The notes under the pieces were generated by a model that did not search any database, was not told the origin of the DNA, and saw only the letters and a list, made by a program, of their open reading frames with translations. 38,980 nucleotides of DNA. Origin: a candidate division WOR-3 bacterium. GTDB lineage: Bacteria; Hydrothermota; Hydrothermia; JBDRYB01. Each line of letters opens with the position of its first letter. Within the stretch, counting starts at the first letter, position 1. Below are positions 17,748-27,001 of the stretch, one piece after another. The stretch spans positions 1 to 38,980 of the forward strand of contig JBDRYB010000018.1 of NCBI GenBank assembly GCA_039803205.1, given 5' to 3'. A program made the translations under genes and the position numbers.

Positions 17748-18665
17748 TTACTCTATCATCTCAAGGGTAACTCTTCTCGTCCCGGTTCCATCCGTGATCA
17801 GGATGAAATATATTCCTGCGCCGCCTATCTCATCCGATCTTATGGTGAGATCGTTCGCCCAGCTCTTCCTCAGAACCTCCCTTCCAGCCGCATCGTAGAC
17901 TGAGACCGCGGCCCCTGATGGGATCCGGAGGGTCGCGCTCCTTCTGGCGGGGTTCGGGTAGAGGAATAAATGGGGCCTGTATGCCATATCCTCATTTTCC
18001 CCGGTTGGCGTCCACTTTACCTTGTAGACCTTTCCGGTCGCGTTGTTCGTCCCAACCCACATGAAACCTCCGCCAAAGGCGAGCCCAGCGCAATATGACC
18101 TCGGAAAGGCCTGGGAGGAAACAACCTGTTTGGTTCCGGTATCAACAGCGTAAAGGATGCTGGGTTCGCTCATTATGTAGAGATACTGGCCGTCAAACTC
18201 GCAATCCTTAGGCGAGAAAGGAAGGGGCCAGCTGCCGTTGGAGACCATGTTTGAGGGGTCAATCCTGTAGAGCCGGTTTTCGTTCTGATCGGTATACCAG
18301 AACCACCTCCCATCCCAGGCCATACCATAAGGATAGGGGGTTGAAGGTGCGGAATATGTGTTGTCGTGCGAGCCGTCTGCGGGGTCAATCTTCCAGATGG
18401 CATCATCAGGCCAATACACAGGCCAGAGAAACCCGTTTGCATATGTCATTCCAGTGTATCCGCCAGAGGTGTAGCTGTAGTTATAGGTCAGGATGACATA
18501 CATGTTCCCGGTTGTGGGGTTTATCTTTTGTATCTTGGTTCCGGGATCATTATCGTTGTTGGTTACCCAGAGATAGCTCCCGTCCCACGCCGCGCCGTTT
18601 ATGTAGCCTCCTGGTATCCAGAGGCTATCCTCAAAGATGAACTGAGAGAACAGAAACAAAATCAT
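17748..18665 (-). CDS. Secreted beta-propeller (glutaminyl cyclase/YncE-like repeats) with T9SS-type CTD
   Basis: Repeats G(A/M)AWDGxxLW..IxKIDP; CTD LYPNPA...VYDAAGREV...GIYFI; AGGAGG SD 5 nt before ATG 18665. Confidence 0.82.
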   Translation of the reverse strand: MILFLFSQFIFEDSLWIPGGYINGAAWDGSYLWVTNNDNDPGTKIQKINPTTGNMYVILTYNYSYTSGGYTGMTYANGFLWPVYWPDDAIWKIDPADGSHDNTYSAPSTPYPYGMAWDGRWFWYTDQNENRLYRIDPSNMVSNGSWPLPFSPKDCEFDGQYLYIMSEPSILYAVDTGTKQVVSSQAFPRSYCAGLAFGGGFMWVGTNNATGKVYKVKWTPTGENEDMAYRPHLFLYPNPARRSATLRIPSGAAVSVYDAAGREVLRKSWANDLTIRSDEIGGAGIYFILITDGTGTRRVTLEMIE

Positions 18666-18825
18666 TTGCACCTCCTACACAAAGTATAAAGCTGCGGGTG
18701 CATGGGGTTCATCTTTCTGCCTGAACCCAGCATGAGGCAATCATCTTGCCCCCTTGGTGAGAGGATGTCTGCCTGGTTTTTGTCCCTGAAACAGCTCAAG
18801 CGAAAGCCTTATCATTTATCTCAGC

Positions 18826-18918
18826 ATGACCGGCGCCTATTTTCTGTTGGCTGTGGTTCCCGTAGCGATAATCCTTCTGGCAATACTGCTTTACTTCATG
18901 ACGAGGGAGGTCCGCTGA
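18826..18918 (+). CDS. 30-aa single-pass membrane peptide, putative small subunit of the sodium:solute symporter
   Basis: MTGAYFLLAVVPVAIILLAILLYFMTREVR*; its TGA overlaps the symporter ATG (TGATG). Confidence 0.65.
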   Translation: MTGAYFLLAVVPVAIILLAILLYFMTREVR

Positions 18919-20333
18919 TGGTTGCCGCGGCATTTGGGCTTTACTTTCTGGTTATCCTCCTCGTTGGATTTCTGACGGCCCGGCGCTCCTCCCGGTCGGT
19001 CTCTGACTTCTTCCTCGGCGGCAGGCGCATGGGGAGCTGGGTTGTCGCCCTCTCAGCTGTTGCCTCTGGCAGGAGTGCCTGGCTCGTTCTCGGCCTCTCT
19101 GGTATGGCATATGCCAAAGGGGTATCCGCTGTCTGGGCATGCATCGGCTACATCATCGTTGAGCTCTTCCTCTTCATATTTCTCGGCAGGAGGCTCAGAA
19201 GCTTCACTGGCGAGCGCGGGGACATAACCCTTCCGGATTTCCTAGAGTCAAAATTCCGTAGCCCAGCGCTGAGGGTCATATCCGTGATCATCCTCCTCTC
19301 GTTTCTCACGACCTATATAGGTGCCCAGGTCCTGGGCGGAGGCAAGGCATTTTTTGGCTCCCTGGATGTCCCTCAGGCATGGGGCGTGGTTCTCACAGCG
19401 GGGATAGTCTTTCTCTACACCGTATTTGGAGGCTTCTATGCTGTCTCATATACGGATGTAATACAGGCGATTTTCATGATCCTCGGGCTCGTCCTTTTGC
19501 CGATCGTGGCCCTCGTGCATCAAGGTGGGCCAGGGCCCCTGCTTGAGGCTTTAAGGGCCCTTGATCCGAGGCTCGTTGATCCCTGGGCCCTCGGTGCCGG
19601 AGCCACATTTGGGCTTTTGGGCATAGGCCTTGGTTCGCCTGGGAACCCGCACATTCTCGTTAGATACATGAGCGCGAGGGACACTGAAATTTTGCGAAAA
19701 TCAGCCATCATAGGCACATTTTGGAATGTTTTCATGGCTTGGGGCGCGGTTTTCGTGGGTCTTGCCGGCCGCGCGAGCTTTCCGAGGCCCGATATTCTGC
19801 CGAACGCCGATCCGGAGAACCTCTATGCCCTGCTTGCCCGAATGTATTTCCATCCCTTTCTCTTCGGGTTGGTTATGGCCGCTGTTTTCGCGGCCATAAT
19901 GAGCACGGTTGATTCCCAGCTCCTGGTTGCTTCAAGCGCAGTCGCCAGGGATATTTACCAGAGGTTCTGGGGGAAGAGAGCCTCAGAAAGGGTTATGGTT
20001 TGGCTCTCAAGGGGATCGGTGGCATTGATAACCCTAATTGCTCTCCTGCTCGGATACCTGGGAAGAAGCTCTCAGCTCGTCTTCTGGTTCGTCCTCCTAG
20101 CCTGGGCCGGACTTGGCGCGGCTTTCGGTCCCGCGGTTATCCTGGGCCTATACTGGAAGAGGGCAACCGCGCCGGGGGCCATTGCTGGGTTGATCGTTGG
20201 CGCGATAACCGTATTCGCCTGGAGAATCAGCGGGCTATCGGGCTTTCTATATGAACTGGTGCCAGCCTTTGTTCTTTCTGCAATAGCGGTCTTCGTTTTC
20301 AGTTTTACGAAAAAGGGAACAGAACACAACTGA
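18918..20333 (+). CDS. putP: Sodium:solute symporter, PutP (Na+/proline)-like
   Basis: DFFLGGR, ALSAVASGRSAW, YTVFGGFYAVSYTDVIQ, GNPHILVRYM and AAIMSTVDSQLL motifs; GGAGG SD at 18906-18910. Confidence 0.85.
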   Translation: MVAAAFGLYFLVILLVGFLTARRSSRSVSDFFLGGRRMGSWVVALSAVASGRSAWLVLGLSGMAYAKGVSAVWACIGYIIVELFLFIFLGRRLRSFTGERGDITLPDFLESKFRSPALRVISVIILLSFLTTYIGAQVLGGGKAFFGSLDVPQAWGVVLTAGIVFLYTVFGGFYAVSYTDVIQAIFMILGLVLLPIVALVHQGGPGPLLEALRALDPRLVDPWALGAGATFGLLGIGLGSPGNPHILVRYMSARDTEILRKSAIIGTFWNVFMAWGAVFVGLAGRASFPRPDILPNADPENLYALLARMYFHPFLFGLVMAAVFAAIMSTVDSQLLVASSAVARDIYQRFWGKRASERVMVWLSRGSVALITLIALLLGYLGRSSQLVFWFVLLAWAGLGAAFGPAVILGLYWKRATAPGAIAGLIVGAITVFAWRISGLSGFLYELVPAFVLSAIAVFVFSFTKKGTEHN

Positions 20334-20593
20334 TATGCCATACATAATGATGTCCCTTGCCCTCCTAGCCTGGCCCCTAGCCCACATCCCCCTTGGGGCT
20401 CCTCTTTTCCTCGCCAGAAACCCCAACAAGGAGCTCAACTTCGTTCTGGTGAATTGCGGATCGTCTGATTGCGCGAACAGGGAGCTTCTCCGTATATTCC
20501 ATTAAGCACCCTCGCGCTTCCTCTAGCCCCTGATGGCCGAGGAATTTTATTAATGTGCCGAGGCCGGGGCTACATGGTGGCTGGCTCGTTTGG

Positions 20594-21574
20594 CTACTTC
20601 TTCACGATCTTCTCTTTTAGAACAGCCGTTCCGTCAAGCCTCGCTCGCATGAAATAAACCCCGGGGCTGAGAGCCTCAGCGTTCACGGCCATCTCCGTTC
20701 CTCCGTCAGAAGTAACCCGCATCGCGAGCCTTCCGGATGGGTCATATAGAGAGACCTCAAGGAGCCCCCGCTCGGGTCTAGCGAGCCAGAACATCCCGCG
20801 CGAGACACTGGGAGAGATTAATCTCACCGGTTTGTTTCTATTGGACTCCTCAACCCCGACGAGACTGGTCAGCTCCCTCCACTCGTCCTGGGTCACAGTG
20901 TAGGGCGTTCCGAAGACATAGACCACTATCTCGTTGTGGCTCGTGTCCTTCACCCCCCAGTTTCCAGGAGACCACCAGAGATGCGTCTTGCCGGTCATAG
21001 TTGCGGAATCCACGAGGGGAAGGCTGAAGTAGAACACGAGGGCCGAGGCTTCTCTCCGGAGGCGATAGGTATAAAAGGTGCCAGCTGGAACAGTGATGGT
21101 ATCCGTATCCTCAACGAAAATGGTGTCTGCCCGTATCAGGATGCTATCGGGCTGGCCATCTCCATCAAAATCATTGGCGTATTTGCCCTCTGTCCCAAGC
21201 GACCACTTGTCTCCAATTACGAAGGGCGTTCTGAAGATGTAGGCATCAACTACATTGTTCTCCGTGATATGGAGCCTTTCTCTGAGCCAAGGGGGGTCGT
21301 TGTAAAAGGTGTCCACATAGCTGGTATCCAGAGCCGTGTCTCCGGTCATGTGCTTGGCTGTCCAGACGCTGAGAGCCTCATATCCGTTGTAATTGAAGGT
21401 ATTGGCGACTGATTCCGTATCCACTGTGGTCGCGTTCACCGAGTCAGTGCCATCCCACTGGACCCATCCGCCCTGAAATGCGGCGGTCTGGCCCAACACT
21501 ATACCCAGATACTCGCTCGGGGACTGGGCATATGCCAGCCCCAGGGCAACTGCGGCTATCATCAACCTTTTCAC
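20594..21574 (-). CDS. Secreted protein with T9SS-type CTD
   Basis: AAGGAGG SD before GTG; signal KRLMIAAVALGLAYA|Q; ITVPAGTF motif, one DFDGDG motif; CTD LYDPSGRL...LSPGVYFM...KIVKK. Confidence 0.82.
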   Translation of the reverse strand: MKRLMIAAVALGLAYAQSPSEYLGIVLGQTAAFQGGWVQWDGTDSVNATTVDTESVANTFNYNGYEALSVWTAKHMTGDTALDTSYVDTFYNDPPWLRERLHITENNVVDAYIFRTPFVIGDKWSLGTEGKYANDFDGDGQPDSILIRADTIFVEDTDTITVPAGTFYTYRLRREASALVFYFSLPLVDSATMTGKTHLWWSPGNWGVKDTSHNEIVVYVFGTPYTVTQDEWRELTSLVGVEESNRNKPVRLISPSVSRGMFWLARPERGLLEVSLYDPSGRLAMRVTSDGGTEMAVNAEALSPGVYFMRARLDGTAVLKEKIVKK

Positions 21575-21699
21575 AGGCTTGAACCTCCTTAAAAACGGGA
21601 AAATTATAAAGCTTTGATAAGGAGCTGGCCCAGGGATGCGCGTTCGCAAAAGTGGTTGTTAGGTGATCCGGACTGCTAGAATGCAGGATAATCTCCCGG

Positions 21700-22404
21700 A
21701 TGATCCTCGCTCTGACATCCGCGATATTTCTCCTTGAGGACGCGGGCCACGCTCTCTCAGCGCCCCGAAGGTGGGACAGGAAGGCCTGGCTTCTTGTTGC
21801 CGCGAGCGTGTCTGCGGGCGCCGGGTTTTTCATCCTTGACGGTGGGATAAGGGACTTGATTACGGGAGGACAAAACGAGGACCTTCTCGCGATTGCTGAT
21901 GGCCTTGATCATTTTGGAAACGGCCTCTGGCTCTCAGGTGGGCTTCTTCTGGCCTCAGGTGCAGGATTTGTCGCGAAGGATCAAACCCTCGTGGACGCGG
22001 GCTTGGTTGGGATCGAATCCTGGCTTTTGGCCGGGGCAATATCCCAAATCGGAAAATACGGGTTTGGCCGGGCAAGGCCATACCTGAACGAGGGCCCTTT
22101 TTCCTTCAGCCCCCTTTCGGCTGAGGAGGACCGCCACTCCTTCCCCTCAGGCCACTCGGCTGTTGCTTTTGCTGGGCTTTCAGGATTCGGGTTCCGGACC
22201 AGAAACCCCTGGATCATAGGCACATGCCTGGCTATAGCCTCAGGCGTGGCTTGGGCCAGGGTCTATCAGGATGCTCACTGGGCCTCGGATGTGTTTTGGG
22301 GAGCCGCTCTGGGAACCGCCATAGGCTACTCCTTAGCCAACAAGCACGATCGGAGGCAAGCCGGCCTCTCTTTTGAAGGCGGAAGGGTTATCTACCGGTT
22401 CTGA
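21700..22404 (+). CDS. PAP2-family phosphatase
   Basis: KYGFGRARP, SFPSGH and ARVYQDAHWASDV catalytic motifs. Confidence 0.92.
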   Translation: MILALTSAIFLLEDAGHALSAPRRWDRKAWLLVAASVSAGAGFFILDGGIRDLITGGQNEDLLAIADGLDHFGNGLWLSGGLLLASGAGFVAKDQTLVDAGLVGIESWLLAGAISQIGKYGFGRARPYLNEGPFSFSPLSAEEDRHSFPSGHSAVAFAGLSGFGFRTRNPWIIGTCLAIASGVAWARVYQDAHWASDVFWGAALGTAIGYSLANKHDRRQAGLSFEGGRVIYRF

Positions 22405-22961
22405 GCCGCATCCTCTTCCCAGCTGAAATGGAATATCACATCATCGCCATCTTGCTCCCAGCTCAGGTGAGGGTTTTTTGCACCCACCTTCTCCAAGAGC
22501 CTCTCCCCCCATCCGCAGAGGTGCTCCTTGTGAATGTCGTTTATAGAGTAGATTTCTGAGAGCCTTCCTCTTGCCCAGCCTTCCCCTATTTCAATCTTGA
22601 TGATACCCGGAGTGTTGTAGAGGCTCCAGAGCTGTTCTATTGCCCGAATAGCGTCCTTCGGGGTTTTCATTAGAATGAACGCGAGGCGATATATGTCCGC
22701 GTATGCCCTCTCCATGGTGAAGCGCGCTATCTTTCTGGCATATGTTATGTCCCCCCCGAAGAACCTGTCCACTATGGCCTTTTCAAGCTCATCAAAGTGA
22801 TCCAGCGGATACCAGGCCCCCGGTTCTATTTCGCCCGTAAAGGTCTTTTTGGCCTCGGGGCTCAGGGTCTCCAGCAACTCATCCAAAGCCCCCTCTCCGA
22901 TGACCTCCCTGACGAAATCCATTAGCAAGCGAAAGCTCGTCCCCTTGAGCATCTGTCTCAT
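22392..22961 (-). CDS. Hypothetical protein, DUF2378/TIGR02265-like
   Basis: KGTSF...GEGALDELL...GAWYPLD pattern recalled from this family; GGGAGG SD. Family assignment is tentative. Confidence 0.65.
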   Translation of the reverse strand: MRQMLKGTSFRLLMDFVREVIGEGALDELLETLSPEAKKTFTGEIEPGAWYPLDHFDELEKAIVDRFFGGDITYARKIARFTMERAYADIYRLAFILMKTPKDAIRAIEQLWSLYNTPGIIKIEIGEGWARGRLSEIYSINDIHKEHLCGWGERLLEKVGAKNPHLSWEQDGDDVIFHFSWEEDAAQNR

Positions 22962-23056
22962 ATAAACACCTCCCCATCAAAGTTAAAATTATGGGATAAA
23001 GCCCTCTGGCAGATCAAGCTTGCCCTGGGGGAAGCGGATGGGTTATAATTTACACT

Positions 23057-23830
23057 GTGAGCGAAAAGGGTAGGGTTATTGTAATAGCAAACCAAAAGGG
23101 CGGCGTCGGGAAGACCACCACAGCCATAAACCTTTCGGTTTCCATAGCCCTCGCGGAAAAGAAGGTCCTCCTCATTGACCTTGACCCGCAGGCAAATGCC
23201 TCATCCGGCTTCGCAATAAACGCGAGGGGTCAGCTGAACACCTACCACCTGCTCACAGGAGAGGCCGGGCTCTTTGAAGTGATAAGGGAAACGGAGACAA
23301 AAGGGCTTCATATCGTGCCCTCATCGCCGGACCTCATCGCGGCAGAGGGGGAGCTCAGGGGCCAGCCTGGATGGGAAACCCGGCTCAGGGACATCATAGC
23401 CCCTGCAAAAGAGGCTTACGACATCATCCTGGTTGACACACCTCCTTCTCTCGGGTATTTTACCATACTGGCCCTTGCGTCAGGGGATTCTGTTCTCATC
23501 CCGGTCCAGACCGAGTATTACGCGCTTGAGGGCCTCGCGCAGCTCCTTGAGACGATAAAGCATGTAAAGAGGAGCCTGAACCCATCCCTTCGGATAGAGG
23601 GATTCCTGTTGACCATGATGGATACGAGGCTCAGGCTCTCCGCGCAGGTCGCGGAGGATGTCCGGGGGTTCTTCAAGGACAAGGTGTTTGCCACTGCCAT
23701 ACCCAGAAATGTTCGCCTCGCGGAGGCACCCAGCTTTGGCAAACCAGGAGTGCTTTATGCTCCTGATTCCCCTGGAGCCATCTCTTACATAGCCCTAGCA
23801 GAGGAAATGATGGGGAGGATGCCCTCGTGA
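23057..23830 (+). CDS. parA: Chromosome partitioning ATPase ParA/Soj
   Basis: ANQKGGVGKTT, DLDPQANA, DTPPSLG, EYYALEG and IPRNVRLAEAPSFG. Confidence 0.96.
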   Translation: MSEKGRVIVIANQKGGVGKTTTAINLSVSIALAEKKVLLIDLDPQANASSGFAINARGQLNTYHLLTGEAGLFEVIRETETKGLHIVPSSPDLIAAEGELRGQPGWETRLRDIIAPAKEAYDIILVDTPPSLGYFTILALASGDSVLIPVQTEYYALEGLAQLLETIKHVKRSLNPSLRIEGFLLTMMDTRLRLSAQVAEDVRGFFKDKVFATAIPRNVRLAEAPSFGKPGVLYAPDSPGAISYIALAEEMMGRMPS

Positions 23831-24660
23831 AATCAAAGAAGAGATTGGGCCGAGGGCTTGAGGCTCTCATATCAGAGAGCCTGGCAGGGCCTGAGGTCGT
23901 GTTCTTGCCTCTTGACCGCATAGACCCGAACCCTCGCCAGCCAAGGGTGAATCCGGATGAGGGCCTTGAATCCCTAACCGAATCAATTACTAAGCACGGG
24001 GTTCTTCAACCCATTCTCGTCAGGGAGAACGGAGAGAGATACGAGCTCGTAGCCGGAGAGAGGCGCTGGAGGGCCGCTGGTTTTGCCGGATTAGCCAGGA
24101 TACCAGCGATAATCGTGGATGCGGATGACCCGGAGAGCCTTGAGCTAGCGCTGGTGGAGAACCTCCAACGCAAGGACCTAAACCCAGTAGAGGAAGCCAG
24201 GGCAATACTCCATCTTCACGAGGACTTCGGAATGACTCACGATGATATAGCCAGGATAATCGGCGCGGACAGGACAACCGTGACCAACAAGATCAGGCTC
24301 CTTTCTCTCTCAGAGCCTGTTCTCAGATTGCTCGAGGGAGGCCTTATAACAGAGGGACACGCGAGGGTTCTCCTTAGAATTGATGATCCCGAGAAACAGT
24401 CCGAGGCCGCAAGCCTGATAGTTCAAAAGGGCTTGACAGTGAGGGAAGCCGAAAACCTGATCGCATCAGAAAGGAGACGGAGACCCAAGCCGAGGGAACC
24501 CCTTCCCGAGGAGAGGCGCTACGAATCCGCATTCGTTGCCCTCGGGGCGATCAAGGCAAAGGTAAGGTTCGGCAGGAAGAGGATAACCGTAGCCGTAGAA
24601 TTCAGGACAGCCGAGGAGATCGATCGCTTCCTCAGCAAGATAAAGGAGACCATGGAATGA
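23827..24660 (+). CDS. parB: Chromosome partitioning protein ParB/Spo0J
   Basis: LGRGL, NPRQPR, GERRWRA, ENLQRKDLNPVEEA and an HTH. Confidence 0.96.
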   Translation: MKSKKRLGRGLEALISESLAGPEVVFLPLDRIDPNPRQPRVNPDEGLESLTESITKHGVLQPILVRENGERYELVAGERRWRAAGFAGLARIPAIIVDADDPESLELALVENLQRKDLNPVEEARAILHLHEDFGMTHDDIARIIGADRTTVTNKIRLLSLSEPVLRLLEGGLITEGHARVLLRIDDPEKQSEAASLIVQKGLTVREAENLIASERRRRPKPREPLPEERRYESAFVALGAIKAKVRFGRKRITVAVEFRTAEEIDRFLSKIKETME

Positions 24661-25511
24661 GCTTCATTGTTGTGCTTGCCGCGATAGTTCCTTCTCACTC
24701 AAGCCTTCTGATATTTCCGGAGCTGGATTACGATGGGCCAACCAGGACAGGGGTCGGCGCTATTCTCTCAAACCCAGCAGGGCTTTGGGGGGTAGGGGAG
24801 GAGCTCATGGTTGCGGGTGGATTTTGGTTCACGGACTCAAGGTTGACGCTTGCTGGGCTTAGGGCTGGCAGTTGGGGATTCCGTCTCTCATACCTTGATT
24901 ACGGCTCCTTGGAATTCCAGGATGAAACCCCTGACGACGAGGGAGGCCCATCATTCAGGCCATACGCGTTTGAGGCTTCGGTGATGAGGGCTTTTTTGCC
25001 GGAGAAGGAAACGAAACTTGGCATAGGATTCGGATACATACGCCAGGGCATATACGATGAGGGCTATACCGCTTACCATTTCTCTGTTGGCGTGTTGCAC
25101 ACCCCTGAGAGGTTGAGAGGGCTTTCGGTTGCCGCTGGCATAAGAAACCTGGGCCTGGATAGGATAACCGATCTCGCTGAGGAGCGTATTCCAACCCAGT
25201 TTTACGCGGGCCTGAGCTACGAGAGAGGCCCAGCCAGGTTCGGGGCCGAGTGGGCGAGGGTCCCTTCCTACGACACTAGCGGTTCCTATCTCTCTCTTAC
25301 CCCCACAGGAACGGAATTGCGCTTCAAGATGGATTGGACCATTAGGGAGGTTTTAACCCCGTCGGTGGCCTATTCCTACGGGAGGGAAATAGACCCCTTG
25401 GAATTCAGGGTTTCTTTTGTCTCCGGCAAACTTGGGTTTTCATACGGTTTCAGGCCCTCATTCTTGGGCTTTGATGCTCTTCATCTCCTTTCTCTGAGGT
25501 ATAAGCCATGA
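24657..25511 (+). CDS. Outer-membrane beta-barrel, PorV/PorQ (UPF0164)-like
   Basis: NPAGL motif, amphipathic strands, IRNLG..IPTQFYAGLSY pattern and terminal LSLRY strand. Confidence 0.72.
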   Translation: MSFIVVLAAIVPSHSSLLIFPELDYDGPTRTGVGAILSNPAGLWGVGEELMVAGGFWFTDSRLTLAGLRAGSWGFRLSYLDYGSLEFQDETPDDEGGPSFRPYAFEASVMRAFLPEKETKLGIGFGYIRQGIYDEGYTAYHFSVGVLHTPERLRGLSVAAGIRNLGLDRITDLAEERIPTQFYAGLSYERGPARFGAEWARVPSYDTSGSYLSLTPTGTELRFKMDWTIREVLTPSVAYSYGREIDPLEFRVSFVSGKLGFSYGFRPSFLGFDALHLLSLRYKP

Positions 25512-26461
25512 GGGTTCTTGACTTTGAGAGGCCAGTAATTGAAATAGAAGAGCGCATACAGGAGCTTGAGTCCTCCTTGCCCACCAACCCTGAGCTCAAG
25601 AGAGAGATAGATAGCCTCAGGGAACAGGCCGAGAACCTCAGAAAGCGCATATATTCTAACCTCACCCGGTGGCACAGGGTTCAAATAGCCAGGCATCCTG
25701 ATCGCCCTCACGCCATAGACTACATAGAGCATCTGTGCGATGATTTCATTGAGCTTCACGGGGACAGGAGCTTCAGGGATGACCCGGCCCTCATAGCCGG
25801 AATAGGCATATCCAGAGGGAAAAGGATAGCGGTTTTAGGCCAGGAGAAGGGCCGCAAAACCGAAGAGAAGATATTCAGGAATTTCGGAATGCTTCACCCC
25901 GAAGGCTACAGGAAAGCCATGCGGATAATGGACCTAGCCGCGAAGTTTGGGCTTCCAGTCGTTTCTTTCGTGGACACGCCAGGGGCTTATCCTGGCGTGG
26001 GGGCTGAGGAAAGGGGCCAATTCTCGGCAATTGCCTATTCCATTAAGAAGATGCTCCAATTGCCCGTTCCGACCGTCGTCACCGTCATAGGCGAGGGAGG
26101 TTCGGGCGGCGCCCTGGGGGTCGCCATAGGCGACACGGTTATGGCCATGGAGTTCTCCTTCTATTCGGTCATATCCCCTGAGGGTTGCGCCTCAATCCTT
26201 TGGCGAGACGCCTCACTCGCGGACAGAGCCGCTGAGGCCCTGAAGATGACCGCCCCAGACCTTCTTGAGCTCGGGGTAATAGACAGGATAATTCCGGAGC
26301 CAGAGGGAGGGGCGCACCGTGATCCTGAGAGGGCGAAATCTACGGTTTGCGATGCGATTCACGAGGAGCTTGAGAGGCTTTCCGGCCTTGCGGCGCAAAC
26401 CCTCATACGCAGGCGATGGGACAAGTTCGCGCGGATGGGTTTTTTCAAAGAGGAAGAGTGA
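25508..26461 (+). CDS. accA: Acetyl-CoA carboxylase carboxyltransferase alpha subunit
   Basis: LDFERP, ARHPDRP, ELHGDR, PEGYRKA, DTPGAYPG, GEGGSGGA and VISPEGCASILW. Confidence 0.97.
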   Translation: MRVLDFERPVIEIEERIQELESSLPTNPELKREIDSLREQAENLRKRIYSNLTRWHRVQIARHPDRPHAIDYIEHLCDDFIELHGDRSFRDDPALIAGIGISRGKRIAVLGQEKGRKTEEKIFRNFGMLHPEGYRKAMRIMDLAAKFGLPVVSFVDTPGAYPGVGAEERGQFSAIAYSIKKMLQLPVPTVVTVIGEGGSGGALGVAIGDTVMAMEFSFYSVISPEGCASILWRDASLADRAAEALKMTAPDLLELGVIDRIIPEPEGGAHRDPERAKSTVCDAIHEELERLSGLAAQTLIRRRWDKFARMGFFKEEE

Positions 26462-26464
26462 ATC

Positions 26465-27001
26465 CTATTCCGGCACAACCAGGATGGAGACCGCCGCTGT
26501 GCCAGAGAGGATGAGGGCTTTGTCCCTGAAAAGCGGGGAATGCCTCGCTCCCCTCTTTCTGTAGACCACCAGGAGGTCTTTGTCCTCAAGCTCCCTTGGC
26601 CAGCTCAGTATTCCGGCTCCGGTTGCCCTGGCAAGGTCATCTATGCCGTGGCCCCCGCCGAAAAGGATTATCCTCTTGTATGGGAAACTGCCCTTGGGAA
26701 TGAGGACTGGCGGCCTCAAGGAATCAAACACCTCCTGGTATGCGTGCCTTGCCCCGAGACGGTGGCTCAGGCCAAAATCAACCGGCGGAAAAGAGACAGC
26801 CCCGTAAAAACCCCTGTTCGCGACGCGTAGGAGGTTTTCCAGGCCCTCGCCCTCCCTCATGTGAAAGAAATCCGCGTCCTCCGCGCCTATAACCGAGGCG
26901 AGATAAAGGGCCTCATCCAGGTATTCCCCGGGCAGACCGTCCCTTAGAACAACCAGCACCCTTTTGCCAGGCGTCCACGCGAAAGGATAGTCCTGGGGCA
27001 T
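26465..27001 (-). CDS. Hypothetical protein, degenerate tandem universal-stress-protein-like fold
   Basis: KRVLVV...PPVLIP..PYKRIIL...SILVVP layout; start abuts the upstream stop codon. Confidence 0.55.
   Translation of the reverse strand: MPQDYPFAWTPGKRVLVVLRDGLPGEYLDEALYLASVIGAEDADFFHMREGEGLENLLRVANRGFYGAVSFPPVDFGLSHRLGARHAYQEVFDSLRPPVLIPKGSFPYKRIILFGGGHGIDDLARATGAGILSWPRELEDKDLLVVYRKRGARHSPLFRDKALILSGTAAVSILVVPE

Noticed and set aside
20335..20505. 56-aa ORF (MPYIMMSLALLAWPLAHIPLG...) right after the symporter
   Set aside because: Position would allow coupling, but there is no recognisable family or clear SD, so it cannot be supported.
22962..24660. parS site or replication origin near parAB
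   Set aside because: No TGTTTCACGTGAAACA-like palindrome or DnaA-box cluster was seen; the one TTATCCACA noticed (about 35748) is inside a coding region.
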